Shown piece by piece: positions 38,807-49,899 of a DNA stretch of 64,000 nt. The notes beneath the pieces were generated by a model, which was not told the DNA's origin, did not search any database, and worked only from the letters and a program-made list of their open reading frames with translations. Every line of letters starts with the position of its first letter. Positions within the stretch are counted from its first letter, which is position 1. The DNA is from Candidatus Binatia bacterium (GTDB taxonomy: Bacteria > Desulfobacterota > Binatia > Bin18), in the NCBI GenBank assembly GCA_963666315.2, contig CAXXHG010000008.1, positions 64,001 through 128,000 of the forward strand, read 5' to 3'. A program made the position numbers and the translations under genes.

Positions 38807-39740
38807 ATGCAAGTCCATCTAGTTGAAGGCACCTACGAACTCTTCCGGGCTTACTTTGGCGCACCCAAAGCCAACGCGCCGGACGGACGTGAAGTCGGTG
38901 CCATACGTGGGCTAGCGCGGTCGTTTCTCGGCTTGATCAGGAATGAGGGTGCCACGCATATTGCCGTTGCTTTTGATCATGTCATCGAATCATTCCGCAA
39001 TGATCTGTTCGCCGGATACAAAACCGGAGCAGGTATCGATCCGGACTTGTGGTCTCAGTTTGAACTTGCGGAACAGATGACGCGTGCACTGGGGATGGTC
39101 GTCTGGCCCATGGTCGAGTTTGAGGCAGACGATGCCTTAGCGACTGCGGCGGTGCGTTTCGCTCAAGACTCGCGCGTCACGCAGGTTTGCATTTGCAGCC
39201 CGGATAAAGACCTGACCCAGTGTGTATTAGGCCGGCACATCGTGTGTGTGGACCGCCGCCGTAAAAAAACGATTGACGCAGCAGGCGTGCAAGAGAAATT
39301 CGGAGTTGCTCCGCAGTCTATCCCTGACTGGCTGGCTTTGGTCGGTGATTCAGCCGACGGCATTCCCGGCATTCCGCGTTGGGGCGCACGCTCAGCCTCA
39401 GCCATGCTGGCCGAATACGGCCACATTGACCACATTCCTGAAGATTCAGCCCAGTGGTCTATCCGGCTGCGTGGCGCGCAGGCGCTTGCGGATAGCCTGA
39501 ACACGCATCAGCGCGAGGCGGCCCTGTATCGTCAGCTTGCCACGCTGCGGGACTGACGTACCCTTGCAAGAATCGCTGGAAAACCTCGAATGGCAGGGCG
39601 TTTTCGGAAAAGAGCTTGAAGAAATGTGCCGGATTCTTGGAGATCCACGGCTTCTTGACCGCGTCCCTCGTCGGCCAGAGACTGCAGCGAGGGAAGGCGG
39701 AGAGGAGGAAAAAGTGCGCTCACTCCAGTGGGATATTTAG
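38807..39740 (+). CDS. Stand-alone 5'-3' exonuclease/flap endonuclease, frameshifted at GGG 39549-39551
   Basis: GTYELFR, AFD, YK, FEADD, SPDKDL, LVGDSADGIPGIP H3TH. Removing one G restores LRTDVPLQESLENLEW. Confidence 0.88.
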
Positions 39741-40310
39741 GTGCGACCCCACGCACGGGCCTTGTGCATGATTTCGGCCACGAGCCGATCTTTCCCCCGG
39801 GTATAGGCTTCTCGATCTTGCTGGTGTACGGCCGCGAGGACTTCTTTCAGCCGGGAATAGGCTGCGCGCTCATCACTGTGCGCGCGCAGGTAATCCCGAA
39901 ACACCAACCGTTCCCAAAGAATGCTGCCCGCCTCGCATATGTGGACATGATGTGTCCGTCTAGTGCCAAAGGGCGGCATGCCCTTCACTAAGAATTCTCG
40001 GTCCGTATCCGGATTATCACCCCAGTGAACATAATCGAGCGGCTCGAGAGCCGCGATAATCTGAGCCCAAAAAACAGCGCTGTGCGCCGAGCATGATATC
40101 GATGATCGGTTTCGCTGCTAGGCCAGGGATAGCGGTGCTTCCGAAGTGCTCAATCAGAACTGCACAACTGAATAGTGATGGAGCAAGAGCATTGCGAATG
40201 CGACGGTCTTCGTCCACGAAGCACTCTACCCAGCGGGGATCGTGAGGTGCGACTTCGACGATATCCTCGCTGGCGTTACTCCACTTTCCGTTTTGGTCTT
40301 GGCTCAGCAT
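39737..40310 (-). CDS. GrpB family protein, frameshifted near the A6 run at 40069-40074
   Basis: EHFGSTAIPGLAAKPIID in the 5' ORF; RTHHVH, FRDYLR, Y..LK, YTRGK in the 3' ORF. Confidence 0.85.
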
Positions 40311-40356
40311 GAACAGGTGGAATCTCCTAACAACTCAAAAGCAGCTCAAGAGCCGC

Positions 40357-40509
40357 TCAAAAGAGCGTGTAAATGAACGGCGCAACAGCCGAGCCCTGGG
40401 TCAAGACGATCAAACCGCCAAAGAGGAGTAACACGAGAATGATAGGCAACAGCCAGAATTTCTTCCGCTCCCGCATAAAATCCCAGAGCTCAATAAAAAA
40501 TTCTCCCAC
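40357..40509 (-). CDS. DUF5989-family small membrane protein (50 aa, not in ORF track)
   Basis: GTG start after GAGGGGAG. Reads MGEFFIELWDFMRERKKFWLLPIILVLLLFGGLIVLTQGSAVAPFIYTLF. Confidence 0.85.
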   Translation of the reverse strand: MGEFFIELWDFMRERKKFWLLPIILVLLLFGGLIVLTQGSAVAPFIYTLF

Positions 40510-40725
40510 GTGCGTCTCCCCTCATCCTTTTGTCTCTGTCAGGATTTCCCAGTGAGCCTAAGGATAGATCTAATCAGAATATTATGTACCCCTCCACATG
40601 ATAAATGTCCAGCGCGCTCTCAACCAGCCTCAAACAGGTTCAAGCAGGCTCAACCGGTTCAACTTGGATCACCCAGGTCTCCCATATTGTCCATGTAAGC
40701 CGAGTCCTCTACTGTAGGCAGCCTC

Positions 40726-41865
40726 ATGCGTAAGGAGGTCCTCCTCACCGTCTGTAGCCTTGCCCTCGCGGTCTTCGGCACTGAACTCGTTCTGGGGCAC
40801 TGGTTCCCCCAGCTCACCGTGCAACAGGTCCTGAAAGATCGACCGGCGATGTACCGTTCAAGCGACGTGCTCTTCATGGAGCTGCTGCCTCATTTTCAGG
40901 GTGCTCTGCGCGAGTCAGAGTTTGAGACCACTATTCAAGTGAATTCGCTGGGATATAGACAACACGAATTCAAGCCGCACAAGGGGCAGGGGCTGCGTAT
41001 CCTGGTGGTCGGGGACTCGTTCACCTTTGGCTATGGGGTTGAAGAGCCTGACAGTTATCCGCGTGTCATTGAACGTCAGCTGGCTGAGGTCCGGACCGGA
41101 AATGAGCTGCCACCTGTCGAGGTCATCAACGCTGGCGTCCCGGCGTGGTGGACAGATGCGTATTATCTCTACCTCAAGGAATACGGTCTAGCGCTCGAGC
41201 CCGACCTGATCTTATTGGGGCTGTTTATGGGGAACGATATCGACGGTCCGGACGCGCGGAGCGCGCTATGGTCCCGGGTCGATGCAGCGGGTTTACCGCT
41301 CCAGATCGGCTCGACAAACACCCAGATCGAGAAAGGCCGCCGGGTGCGTGTCAAGCGACGTTCACGCTGGAAGATTCCCCTCTTGCGTGACTCACACGTC
41401 TTTCAGCTGTTGTATACGGCCCAACGCAATATGCGCCGCGCGCTGAAACCCACCATTAAGGCCCGGTCCCTTTACCAGGCGCTGTATTCACCCCAGACCA
41501 ATGCCATTGTGAAGACAGTCAGGAAGCTGATTGGCGCCATGGCGCGCTTGAGTCAAGAGCACAGAGCACGATTTGCCGTGGTGATGCTGCCTGAACGGGG
41601 GCAAGTCTCTGCTGCCTCCCAGGCTGCCCATGGTGAGTTAGATTTTGACAAGCCGCAGCGTCTCTTTGCCGAGTTCTTCACACAACAGAACATTGCGTAC
41701 GTGGATCTGCTACCCATCCTGCGCGCGGCGGCCGATCATACAGCGCTGTATTTTCAATACGATTCCCATTTTAGTGTTGCGGGCAACCGCCTTGCCGGGC
41801 GTGAAATCGCGAAATACATCGTCGCCTCAGGTCTTCTGTCTGCGCCGCCGTCCCAAGCACCGTAG
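40726..41865 (+). CDS. SGNH/GDSL hydrolase-family protein (AlgX/AlgJ-like)
   Basis: N-terminal TM, NSLGYR, VGDSFTFG, NAGV, GND, DSH..GN. Confidence 0.88.
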   Translation: MRKEVLLTVCSLALAVFGTELVLGHWFPQLTVQQVLKDRPAMYRSSDVLFMELLPHFQGALRESEFETTIQVNSLGYRQHEFKPHKGQGLRILVVGDSFTFGYGVEEPDSYPRVIERQLAEVRTGNELPPVEVINAGVPAWWTDAYYLYLKEYGLALEPDLILLGLFMGNDIDGPDARSALWSRVDAAGLPLQIGSTNTQIEKGRRVRVKRRSRWKIPLLRDSHVFQLLYTAQRNMRRALKPTIKARSLYQALYSPQTNAIVKTVRKLIGAMARLSQEHRARFAVVMLPERGQVSAASQAAHGELDFDKPQRLFAEFFTQQNIAYVDLLPILRAAADHTALYFQYDSHFSVAGNRLAGREIAKYIVASGLLSAPPSQAP

Positions 41866-42015
41866 GTGATTGGTCTGCGTGTCTCATCGGAAACTGCGCG
41901 TGAGCTAGCTGAGGCGGCAAGGAGGCGTACGGCATCGAGACCCTGGCCATTCCCGTCATGGCAGTGGCGATCGCACGGGGATTTTAGAGGGCTGGGGCTG
42001 AAGCCGAGAAACGGC

Positions 42016-42255
42016 TTAATTCGTAGAATGAGAGCGCCGGCCAACCAGTTCCAGAGCGCCGAAGATAGCACTCACGGTGTCGGTTTGTGGCGGCCGCTTG
42101 TTAATCGATCTCCGCACCACCCCAATGGCCAGGAGCGAGAAAGCATGCAAAATGAAAACGCTCAGCGTGGTGCTGAGGTTTGCTGACAGCGCGACAGCTA
42201 TAGTGAAAACATAGGCAAACAGCGCAACTGTCAGTGACCCGCTCATTTGCGTCAT
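42016..42255 (-). CDS. Small hypothetical membrane protein
   Basis: Strong RBS GAGGAGG before the ATG and two hydrophobic segments. Confidence 0.45.
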   Translation of the reverse strand: MTQMSGSLTVALFAYVFTIAVALSANLSTTLSVFILHAFSLLAIGVVRRSINKRPPQTDTVSAIFGALELVGRRSHSTN

Positions 42256-42720
42256 TCGAACCTCCTCAGTATGCCCTTTCTCCTCAAAGACACTCTTTCT
42301 TGCTGGAATACACCCGCACTCGGCAAGCCCCATAAATCCTTTAGCCCTAAGGAAAAGAGGGGAATCTCAGTTTTTACGGAGTCTTGCTCGACATCGGTTC
42401 TAAACCGATGCCTGAATAAGATTGGGGTAGTCAAACATAGTGAGATGACTATGGTTAGCTTATGAAAAAAGAATCGACACGAACCGAGCGGGGGAGGCGA
42501 GGGTGGCGGAGGTGGCGAGCGGGGATAGAATGTGGGCTTCCGTTTGCCTGCCTCAAATTGTTCGCCCTCCTCTTGCAACCAAGCCATGCGGCCGAATGGG
42601 CGAGAACATCAGACTTGGTATTGACCCTTGATGCCTTAGGTTCTATGTGGGGGCAGGGTGAGGTTACGCTTGAAGCCGGCCAGTCTATCTCACGCGTAAT
42701 AGATTTTGGAGAATAGCCTG

Positions 42721-43032
42721 ATGAAAGTCATTGCCGACCTATGCGTCGTTCCTATAGGAGTTGGGACCTCAGTCGCTGAATATGTTGCTGCTTGCGTGCG
42801 GATCTTGGAAGAAGCCGGGTTGGAGATTCAACTGCATGCCTATGGGACCAATATAGAAGGCGAGTGGGATACGGTCTTTGCGGCGATCAAACGTTGCCAC
42901 GAAGCGCTGCACGCCCTGGGCGTGCCACGTATTTCGACTAATCTCCGCATCGGCACGCGAACAGATAGAGATCAAAGCATGCAGGATAAAATCACCAGCG
43001 TACAAAAGATTCTCGGGCAGACGAAAGCGTGA
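42721..43032 (+). CDS. MTH1187/YkoF thiamine-binding family protein
   Basis: VVPIGVGTSVAEYVA, HAYGTNIEGEW, RTDR. Confidence 0.9.
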   Translation: MKVIADLCVVPIGVGTSVAEYVAACVRILEEAGLEIQLHAYGTNIEGEWDTVFAAIKRCHEALHALGVPRISTNLRIGTRTDRDQSMQDKITSVQKILGQTKA

Positions 43033-43300
43033 CCTGCACCGTTTGCTGCCGTTTTGTGATCGTTTAATCTCTCTCTTTTGAACTACCTTCCACTCTGCTT
43101 ACAGTTTCGCACAATCTTACACAATCTTGTCAGATGTCTTGAGATACCCCGTCTGAAAATGGTACATTTCTGCGTAGTCAAGTAGCCGTTCGTCTATATT
43201 GGCCAGAGGGTTGACCAGAGTTGGCCAGGGCAGACCTGTGGGGTGAATGCCAACACAACCACGGCCGGCTACCGGGCGGTAGGAAAAATCGGAGGGAATT

Positions 43301-43858
43301 ATGGCTGATCGGCAGGAAATCGCAACCTTAGGCGCAGGCTGTTTCTGGTGTATTGAGGCGGTCTATCTCGAGGTCGAAGGCGTCCTCGGCGTCGTGTCCG
43401 GCTACACCGGAGGAGCGGTGGATAATCCAACCTACGAAGCCGTTTGTTCAGGCACAACGGGGCACGCTGAGGTTGCGCATATTACGTTCGACCCTGATGT
43501 GATCTCCTATTCTGAAATACTCGAAATCTTCTGGCAAACCCACGATCCGACGACACTCAACCGTCAGGGCAACGATGTCGGCACGCAGTACCGGTCGGCC
43601 ATTTTCTACCATAACGAAGAACAACGCCGTATTGCTGAACAATCTCAACACGAGACCGACGCGTCTGAGCTGTGGTTCAATCCGATTGTGACGGAGATCG
43701 TTGCGCTGACGACCTTCTATCCTGCCGAAGGCCATCACCAAGAATTCTACCGTCAGAATCCCTACCAGGGGTATTGCATGATGGTCATCCATCCCAAGAT
43801 GCGGAAGTTTCGAAAAGCATTTCAGCATAAGCTCAAACAATCCGTCTCTGCTGCCTAA
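43301..43858 (+). CDS. msrA: Peptide methionine (S)-S-oxide reductase
   Basis: GCFWC, SGYTGG, TGHAE, HDPT..RQGND.GTQYRS, FYPAE.HQ. Confidence 0.97.
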   Translation: MADRQEIATLGAGCFWCIEAVYLEVEGVLGVVSGYTGGAVDNPTYEAVCSGTTGHAEVAHITFDPDVISYSEILEIFWQTHDPTTLNRQGNDVGTQYRSAIFYHNEEQRRIAEQSQHETDASELWFNPIVTEIVALTTFYPAEGHHQEFYRQNPYQGYCMMVIHPKMRKFRKAFQHKLKQSVSAA

Positions 43859-43901
43859 AGCACTGGTCGCGGGCACGGATGGGGAGAGGTGAGGAGACTG
43901 C

Positions 43902-44795
43902 ATGGCCGCCACCTTAGACTGGATGGGTTGTGCCACCTTTCGACTGACGCTGGGCGATATGGTTGTCATGCTGGACGCGTACATCGACCGGGTGCCGAGT
44001 GCTGCTCCAACCGGCATTAGGGTTGACGCCATCCGCACTGCCGACTGGATAGTGGTCGGCCATTCCCACTTCGACCATCTGTATGTGGCCGAGCGTATCG
44101 CTAGGGCGACCGGCGCGAAAATCATAGGTTCGTGCGAGTCGATTCGTATTATGGCCGCGCAAGGGGTGCCCGAAGAACAGCTTCTGCCGGTTGCCGGTGG
44201 AGAAAAGATCCGCTTGTCACCAGACATCAGCGTTGACGTCTATCCCAGCCAACACTCGTGTGTGTGGAGCACCGAACCCCTGCCGGAATCCGACGCGGTG
44301 TGCATAGGCGAACTCGGTGTGACCTACCAAGCGCAGCAAGAGAAAATGGAGGGGCTGTGGGATCAGCTCAAAGCCATGGGTGATGACGTGGTCTCTCACC
44401 TCCAAGCCTCTGCGCAGGGGGCGCGTGGTGATGGCGGGGTGCTGGTGTATCTTTTTGATACGCCTGAAGGCAGCCTGCTGTATCAGGATACGTCCGGTCA
44501 CTGGCAAGGCATTTTACAGGACATTCGGCCCGATGTGGCCATCCTCGCGGCAGCGGGCCGAGGAAATATCGATGGCGAGCCGATCCAGGGGGCGCTTGCA
44601 CAATTTGTTGCCCAGCAGGTCGGCCTGCTGCGTCCGCGCCGAGTCATTCTCGGTCATCACGATGATTGGCTGCCCGGCTTTTCACGCAAGATTGATACTG
44701 CACCCATTCGAGAGGAAATGGCCCGCCGGGCACCGCGTACTGAGCTGGTTGAGATGGGTTATATGGAAGCGTACCCGGTATTTGCCGTACGTTAA
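43902..44795 (+). CDS. MBL-fold metallohydrolase
   Basis: GHSHFDH, H, D(T), GHHD motifs. Confidence 0.85.
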   Translation: MAATLDWMGCATFRLTLGDMVVMLDAYIDRVPSAAPTGIRVDAIRTADWIVVGHSHFDHLYVAERIARATGAKIIGSCESIRIMAAQGVPEEQLLPVAGGEKIRLSPDISVDVYPSQHSCVWSTEPLPESDAVCIGELGVTYQAQQEKMEGLWDQLKAMGDDVVSHLQASAQGARGDGGVLVYLFDTPEGSLLYQDTSGHWQGILQDIRPDVAILAAAGRGNIDGEPIQGALAQFVAQQVGLLRPRRVILGHHDDWLPGFSRKIDTAPIREEMARRAPRTELVEMGYMEAYPVFAVR

Positions 44796-44896
44796 CTTCC
44801 TTTGTGGCCCAGCAGTGATTAGTGCAAGCGATGCTAAATCACTCCCTGAAATGACAATTACGGCAAAGAGGACAACCCGTCCCCCAGGAGGAAAGC

Positions 44897-46054
44897 GTGT
44901 TTCTCGACCTGACGCCTGACCAAGAGCGCATTATCAATCTTGCCAAGGAACTTGCCTCTGAATTTGCCGAACGGGCCGAACAGCACGACCGCGAAGGCAG
45001 CTTTCCTTTTGAGAACATCGCCCGCTTGAAAGAGAGCGGCTACACCACGGTGACCACGCCGCGGGAATATGGCGGTTGGGAAGCAAGCCCGCTGACCTTC
45101 ATTCTTGCCCAAGAACAGCTCGTTCAAGGCTGTGCGGCCACAGCCTTTGCCATCAATATGCATTGCAATACGGTTGGCTTTTATACTCCGTTCATGACTC
45201 CGGCTCAGAAGGATCTGTATCTTGGCAATGTGGGCCGTAAAGCGATGCTCATGAATGGCTATTATACCGAGGGGGGTGGGGCGCGCTCGATCATGGCGCC
45301 GTCTTCAACCGCGCGTAAAGTGTCTGACGGCTACATCCTCAACGGCCAGAAGGTCTTTGCCACCTTGGTGCCTGCGGTCGACTATTTTGGCATTAGTGTG
45401 TCGCTCGAAGGCTATACCGGACCGGCCTCAGGTGGGTGTGTGTTTCTGCTGCCACGCGACGCGCCAGGTCTCGAGGTCATTGAGAATTGGGATGCCATGG
45501 GGATGCGGGCCACAGGCAGCCACGCCATTAGTATGCACGACGTCTTCGCCACTCCGGACCAACGCATTGGCGAAGAAGGCCATTTCTTTGAAGAGTTTGC
45601 CCAAGTCGCGCACTGGTATTGTCTGTCATTTTCGGCCTGCTACCTGGGCATAGGCCAGGCCATGTACTCCCACGTCCTGGAATACGCCCGTACGCGCAAA
45701 GTACAAAAGACTGACCAGCGGGTGGGCGATCTCGCCTGGAATCGCTTTGCCATAGGCGAGATGTATAACCGCTTAGAAGCGTGCCGGACGCTGCTCTACA
45801 CAACCGCCCGAGAAATATCCCAACACCGTCCGTACGGAGAGCGTCAGGTGCCGACGGTCGAAATGCTACGCACCTATGTGGCTGAGGAGATGTTGGCCGT
45901 CGGCAATTTGGCGACACGCATTGCCGGTGGGCTTGGCTATCTGAAGAGCAATTTTTTGGAGCGCGCTTTCCGTGACCTGCGCTCGGCACCGCTGCACTCG
46001 CTCAAACGCGACGAGGTGCTGGACATGTTAGCGGCTATGGAGCTGGGGTTTTAG
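44897..46054 (+). CDS. Acyl-CoA dehydrogenase-family flavoprotein (possibly a monooxygenase)
   Basis: FAERA..DREGSFP, LNGQK, WDAMGMRATGS, GG.GY..LER.FRD. Confidence 0.88.
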   Translation: MFLDLTPDQERIINLAKELASEFAERAEQHDREGSFPFENIARLKESGYTTVTTPREYGGWEASPLTFILAQEQLVQGCAATAFAINMHCNTVGFYTPFMTPAQKDLYLGNVGRKAMLMNGYYTEGGGARSIMAPSSTARKVSDGYILNGQKVFATLVPAVDYFGISVSLEGYTGPASGGCVFLLPRDAPGLEVIENWDAMGMRATGSHAISMHDVFATPDQRIGEEGHFFEEFAQVAHWYCLSFSACYLGIGQAMYSHVLEYARTRKVQKTDQRVGDLAWNRFAIGEMYNRLEACRTLLYTTAREISQHRPYGERQVPTVEMLRTYVAEEMLAVGNLATRIAGGLGYLKSNFLERAFRDLRSAPLHSLKRDEVLDMLAAMELGF

Positions 46055-47081
46055 ACGCTGGCACGAGCTCGCCCTGCTCGTTGTACATCCTATCGCCTAA
46101 AGCGAAACTCGCTTCCAGGAATTTCTTCATATACGCCCCGCAGGTAATGGGCGGTTTTTTTGGAGGATTATCCGGGCCACAACAGGTTGGTAAGCAGTCA
46201 ATGAGTGTTTCCGGCGTAGGCTGAAAGAAAAACGACGTAGAATAGCGGTGAGTTCCGGATACATTGCGTACGCGATGCGGAGTTGAGAGAAAGCGTCCGT
46301 TTGACCAGCGCGTGAGCAGGTCTCCCGAGTTGACGACAAAGGCATCTGGGATCAACGGTGCTGTGATCCAGCGGCCAGTTTGCGACAGGATTTCTAAGCC
46401 AGGCTGGTCCGACGTCGCGAGTAAGGTAGCAAACGAGCCATCGCTATGCGGACAGATATTAAACTCATTGTCTTCAAGCGCGTCGGGCGGCATATGGGAA
46501 ATGCGCAGCACGTTTAAGGCGCGGTCCGTAGGGAATTTATCCAGAAAAAAGTCTGGTGCTAAATTGAGCGCGCGCGCATACAAAGGCAGCATGCGCTGAC
46601 TCAAGGCCATTGCTGCTTCAAAGTACTCCTGTATGGTAGGCTGAAATTCCGGTTCTCCTGCAGGCCATTGATTGCGATTCTGAGCAGGGCAGTCGCCCCA
46701 GTCGCGTTGCAGCAGAAAGGCTTCACTCACATCGGGCTTTTTTTGACCAGTATAATAGCGCGAGTGTTTGCCGAACTCGCCACGATTCGGAATATAGCCG
46801 AGACCGGAATGATTGATCTTGAGCGCCATTTTCTCTTCAAGCGGGAGTTCATAGAAGTCGGCGCTGGCTGCCATCACACGGTCACCCAGGGAGGCTGGCA
46901 CACCATGGTTGATAATAAAGAAGAAACCAATCTGTTCCAGGGCATAACGCATCTCCCCGGCGGCCTTTTCGGATGCACTGGACTCGCCGTTCAAATATGA
47001 ACCGAGATCAATAATTGGAATCTCTTCGCCGGCAACCGCATATGCTGCCTTCAGCTCGTGTTTGTCTTGTGTTGCCTGCAT
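46035..47081 (-). CDS. Isopenicillin N synthase-family 2OG-Fe(II) oxygenase
   Basis: IPIIDL, GFFFIINHGV, HSD...H facial triad, RYS. Alternative GTG start at 47120. Confidence 0.92.
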   Translation of the reverse strand: MQATQDKHELKAAYAVAGEEIPIIDLGSYLNGESSASEKAAGEMRYALEQIGFFFIINHGVPASLGDRVMAASADFYELPLEEKMALKINHSGLGYIPNRGEFGKHSRYYTGQKKPDVSEAFLLQRDWGDCPAQNRNQWPAGEPEFQPTIQEYFEAAMALSQRMLPLYARALNLAPDFFLDKFPTDRALNVLRISHMPPDALEDNEFNICPHSDGSFATLLATSDQPGLEILSQTGRWITAPLIPDAFVVNSGDLLTRWSNGRFLSTPHRVRNVSGTHRYSTSFFFQPTPETLIDCLPTCCGPDNPPKKPPITCGAYMKKFLEASFALGDRMYNEQGELVPASKTPAP

Positions 47082-47116
47082 GATCCCCTTCCTTAGACTG
47101 TCTAAACGACTGCTCT

Positions 47117-49355
47117 TCACTTCACAAACGGGGCTGGATTCAGAAACCGCTTGAGCACATTACTAGTGATGCGCGCAACATTATTGTCGTAGTTATTGTG
47201 TGACAAACTACCCGCCCAGGCAATCGAGCTGGACGACCAGACGGCCCCGCCATGCGGCGTTTCATAGAACACCATATCCGCCCGGACGAGTTCGTTCTCC
47301 GTTCCGCCCAAGCCTGGCACTGTCGCTAGCAATTCCTCACATACAACCAAGTACACGTCGGTGTGTCCGCCTTGCGAGGTTGCCAGAACAAGTGCGTGTG
47401 GAGGCGTGCCCAGCTTCTCATCGGCTCGGTCTATCTCCAGACCGGCTGCCCCTCCACCAATCAGGCCAAAATCACCGATAACTTCATCTTTGCCGAGCCC
47501 TTTGAAAATAAAGGCTGCGCGCGGATCAAGGCTATCCGGTAAGCGGTGATACGGTGCCGAGATATCAAAGCCCTGAGCACTAAATCCCGTCCCCAGTATC
47601 ATTTGTGGCGGGCGTCCTTGGCGTCGCCACAGCCCGCCGTATTCGCCGCTGAAACTATGATAATACTCGCCCGGCTCAGCGGCCCAAGTCCGAATGCCAC
47701 CTTCATTACGACGGACTTCCATGAGCCCGGGGCAATCGGGATGAAAGGCAATGCGCCAATACCAACCGTTGGCACCCATATACATGAGTCGCCCGCCTTG
47801 GTTCTGGTAGGCCTGCATGGCATCCCACATCTGGAGCGAGTGGTATTCGGGGTGGGTGCTGGTCAGAATCACGTGATAGGGCTTGAGTAGTTCGAGCCCC
47901 TCATAATGCAGGTCTTCATCTGTAATGACATCAAAGTCATAACCCATGGCCTCAAGCCAGTCCGTGATATGAGTGTCGGCGTTGAACTGCCATAAAGACG
48001 ACCCCTCTGCTCCAAGCGCGTGAATATGTTTGGGCCGCATATTGAGAATGGGTCGTAGGCGGGATGAGTAACAGACACCCGAGCCGTCGGAATGTGAGTC
48101 ATAGCATGAGGCCCCATACTCGCGGTGTTCGTTGAGAAACAGACTGTTCTTATCAAGCGGAGCCAATCGGCCACTGACGAGTTCAACCAGTCCCGCGTTG
48201 GTGGCCAGGTGATCGTTGGCATAGGCCATATAACTGGCAGTAGGCAGCAGAAAGGCGATCTTTTTTTCCTTGCCTTTGGCCGGTTTGACAGCAAACGGAA
48301 TATGGTCCTCTTCTTGGCCGGAACGCAATCGCGCGGCGTATAAACCACTTTTCAGATTGGCGGGGACAGTGAGCGAAAAGTCCACCTCCCAGCCTGCATC
48401 GTATATGTCGTCGTTATGGAAATGAATCGCGCCGTATTGTTCCGGGGTGTGTTTCCAGTCCATGACCTCGCCGGTCCAGTTATAGCCCTTCATGCCCCGG
48501 GCTGGCATATTGACCGTCTCTCCCTGTAGCCGATTCGGCGAGGTATCCGAGACCATGGTGGCGCTGATATCTCGTGAGAAATCCCATACGCCAAGGACGA
48601 CGTCGTGTAGTCCAGCTGGGATAACGCCACTCTTCAGCATTTCCATCTCAGCCCGACTTAATGCTGCGTTGGCCAGTCGAGGGCTATCAATTTTACCGTT
48701 GAATGTATGGTCGAGTTTGCCTTTGCCCGAACCCGTGCGGACCGCGGCAAACATCAGTGGCGCGTGGTTGTTTCCTATTCGCTTGAGGCCTGCCTTTTTC
48801 CGAACCGTGGCCCTATCGGAAACGAGGGGATAATCAACCAAAGGTTCTTGGTAGAGCGTGACGCGCTGTGTTGCTGCATCATAGCTCGCCGCTACGAAAT
48901 ACCACTGCCGACCGAGGAGTTTTTTTTCGTGCCGAAAACCTCGACATTGCCCTTGCCGTCACCCAGCTGCAGGCTAGGTTGCCGTCCTGAATAATCACGG
49001 CAAAACCTGATTTATTCCGATCGCGCCACTTTGAGGCAATGACCTGAGTGCCGGTGTCCGGCGTGGTCGGCCACAGCATGACCTGAAAGGTGAAACTGTT
49101 GAGTTGTCCAAGAAGGGGACGGTCTGGAATGGTCACATACGAGCCGGCTTCGATAGTTTGTTTACGGCCTGGGTATGACGTATTGGCCGCTGTCTGAACG
49201 ACCTGCTCTTTCACGCCCGGACCGGCAGGATTCAGGTCGCCACAAATGAGTCGGACGATTTCGACCTTGTAGCGCGGCAGCTCGCAGTTGACCATGAATT
49301 GAATAGTTTCACCCGGACGGACGCTGATTTTGTCGGAATAGCCGGTAATTTTCAT
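47117..49355 (-). CDS. N,N-dimethylformamidase large subunit family, with two apparent single-base deletions (~48972 and T8 at 48920-48927)
   Basis: MKITGYSD..SVRPGE start, IHFH.DD, SYMAYAN, YDSHSDG, HPEY, GANGWYW. Frames rejoin via LQLGDG and KLLGRQWYFVAASYD. Confidence 0.85.
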
Positions 49356-49416
49356 TTTTTCAGATCTCTGTCGAGGCGGAGCCACAACGCTCCTCCCTAC
49401 GCTTGGTTTGATTGGA

Positions 49417-49725
49417 TTAGTGCAGGCTGTCGCCCGTATGTTTCTTCCAACGCCGCCGAAAAATTTCACGCTCGGCATCTTCGACATTGGTGAACACGTG
49501 GTTCTTAAAAATCTTGACCGGCTTGCCGCGCTCGCCGCTCAGCTGCCCCAGCGTCCATTCTTTATGCGGCTTGGTGCAGATCAGGACATATTTGTCCTGG
49601 GTTGGTTCCCCGCGAAAGACGTTGAGCACGCGCTGCAAGGCGGGGCTATGGTGGCCGATGGGTTTGGCATTGAATTCTTCGACCAGGTGTTGATCCTGCG
49701 TGCCGACCTTATAGACGGTATGCAT
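49417..49725 (-). CDS. N,N-dimethylformamidase small subunit-like protein
   Basis: EEF..P.GHHSPALQRVLN, F...EDAE..F..RW, directly upstream of the large subunit. Confidence 0.75.
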   Translation of the reverse strand: MHTVYKVGTQDQHLVEEFNAKPIGHHSPALQRVLNVFRGEPTQDKYVLICTKPHKEWTLGQLSGERGKPVKIFKNHVFTNVEDAEREIFRRRWKKHTGDSLH

Positions 49726-49899
49726 AGCCGCCCTCCAGATTTCAAAATTTAAAAGACGGTCGGGACAGTATCATACGGGCTCATCGGAAGTCGAGAGAAA
49801 ACGCGCACCAGAAGACAGCTAGGCCGAATCCTGCCTAGACCCTGCCCTCTCCTTTTGAAAAGATATGGCTACACAGGAGGACAGGAGGAGCGACACACT

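Noticed and set aside
41866-42716. ORFs 41866-42186, 42247-42465, 42252-42587 and 42462-42716, and a G-rich tract
   Set aside because: No recognisable motifs or good RBS, and they overlap one another. Only the RBS-supported 42016-42255 ORF was kept, at low confidence.
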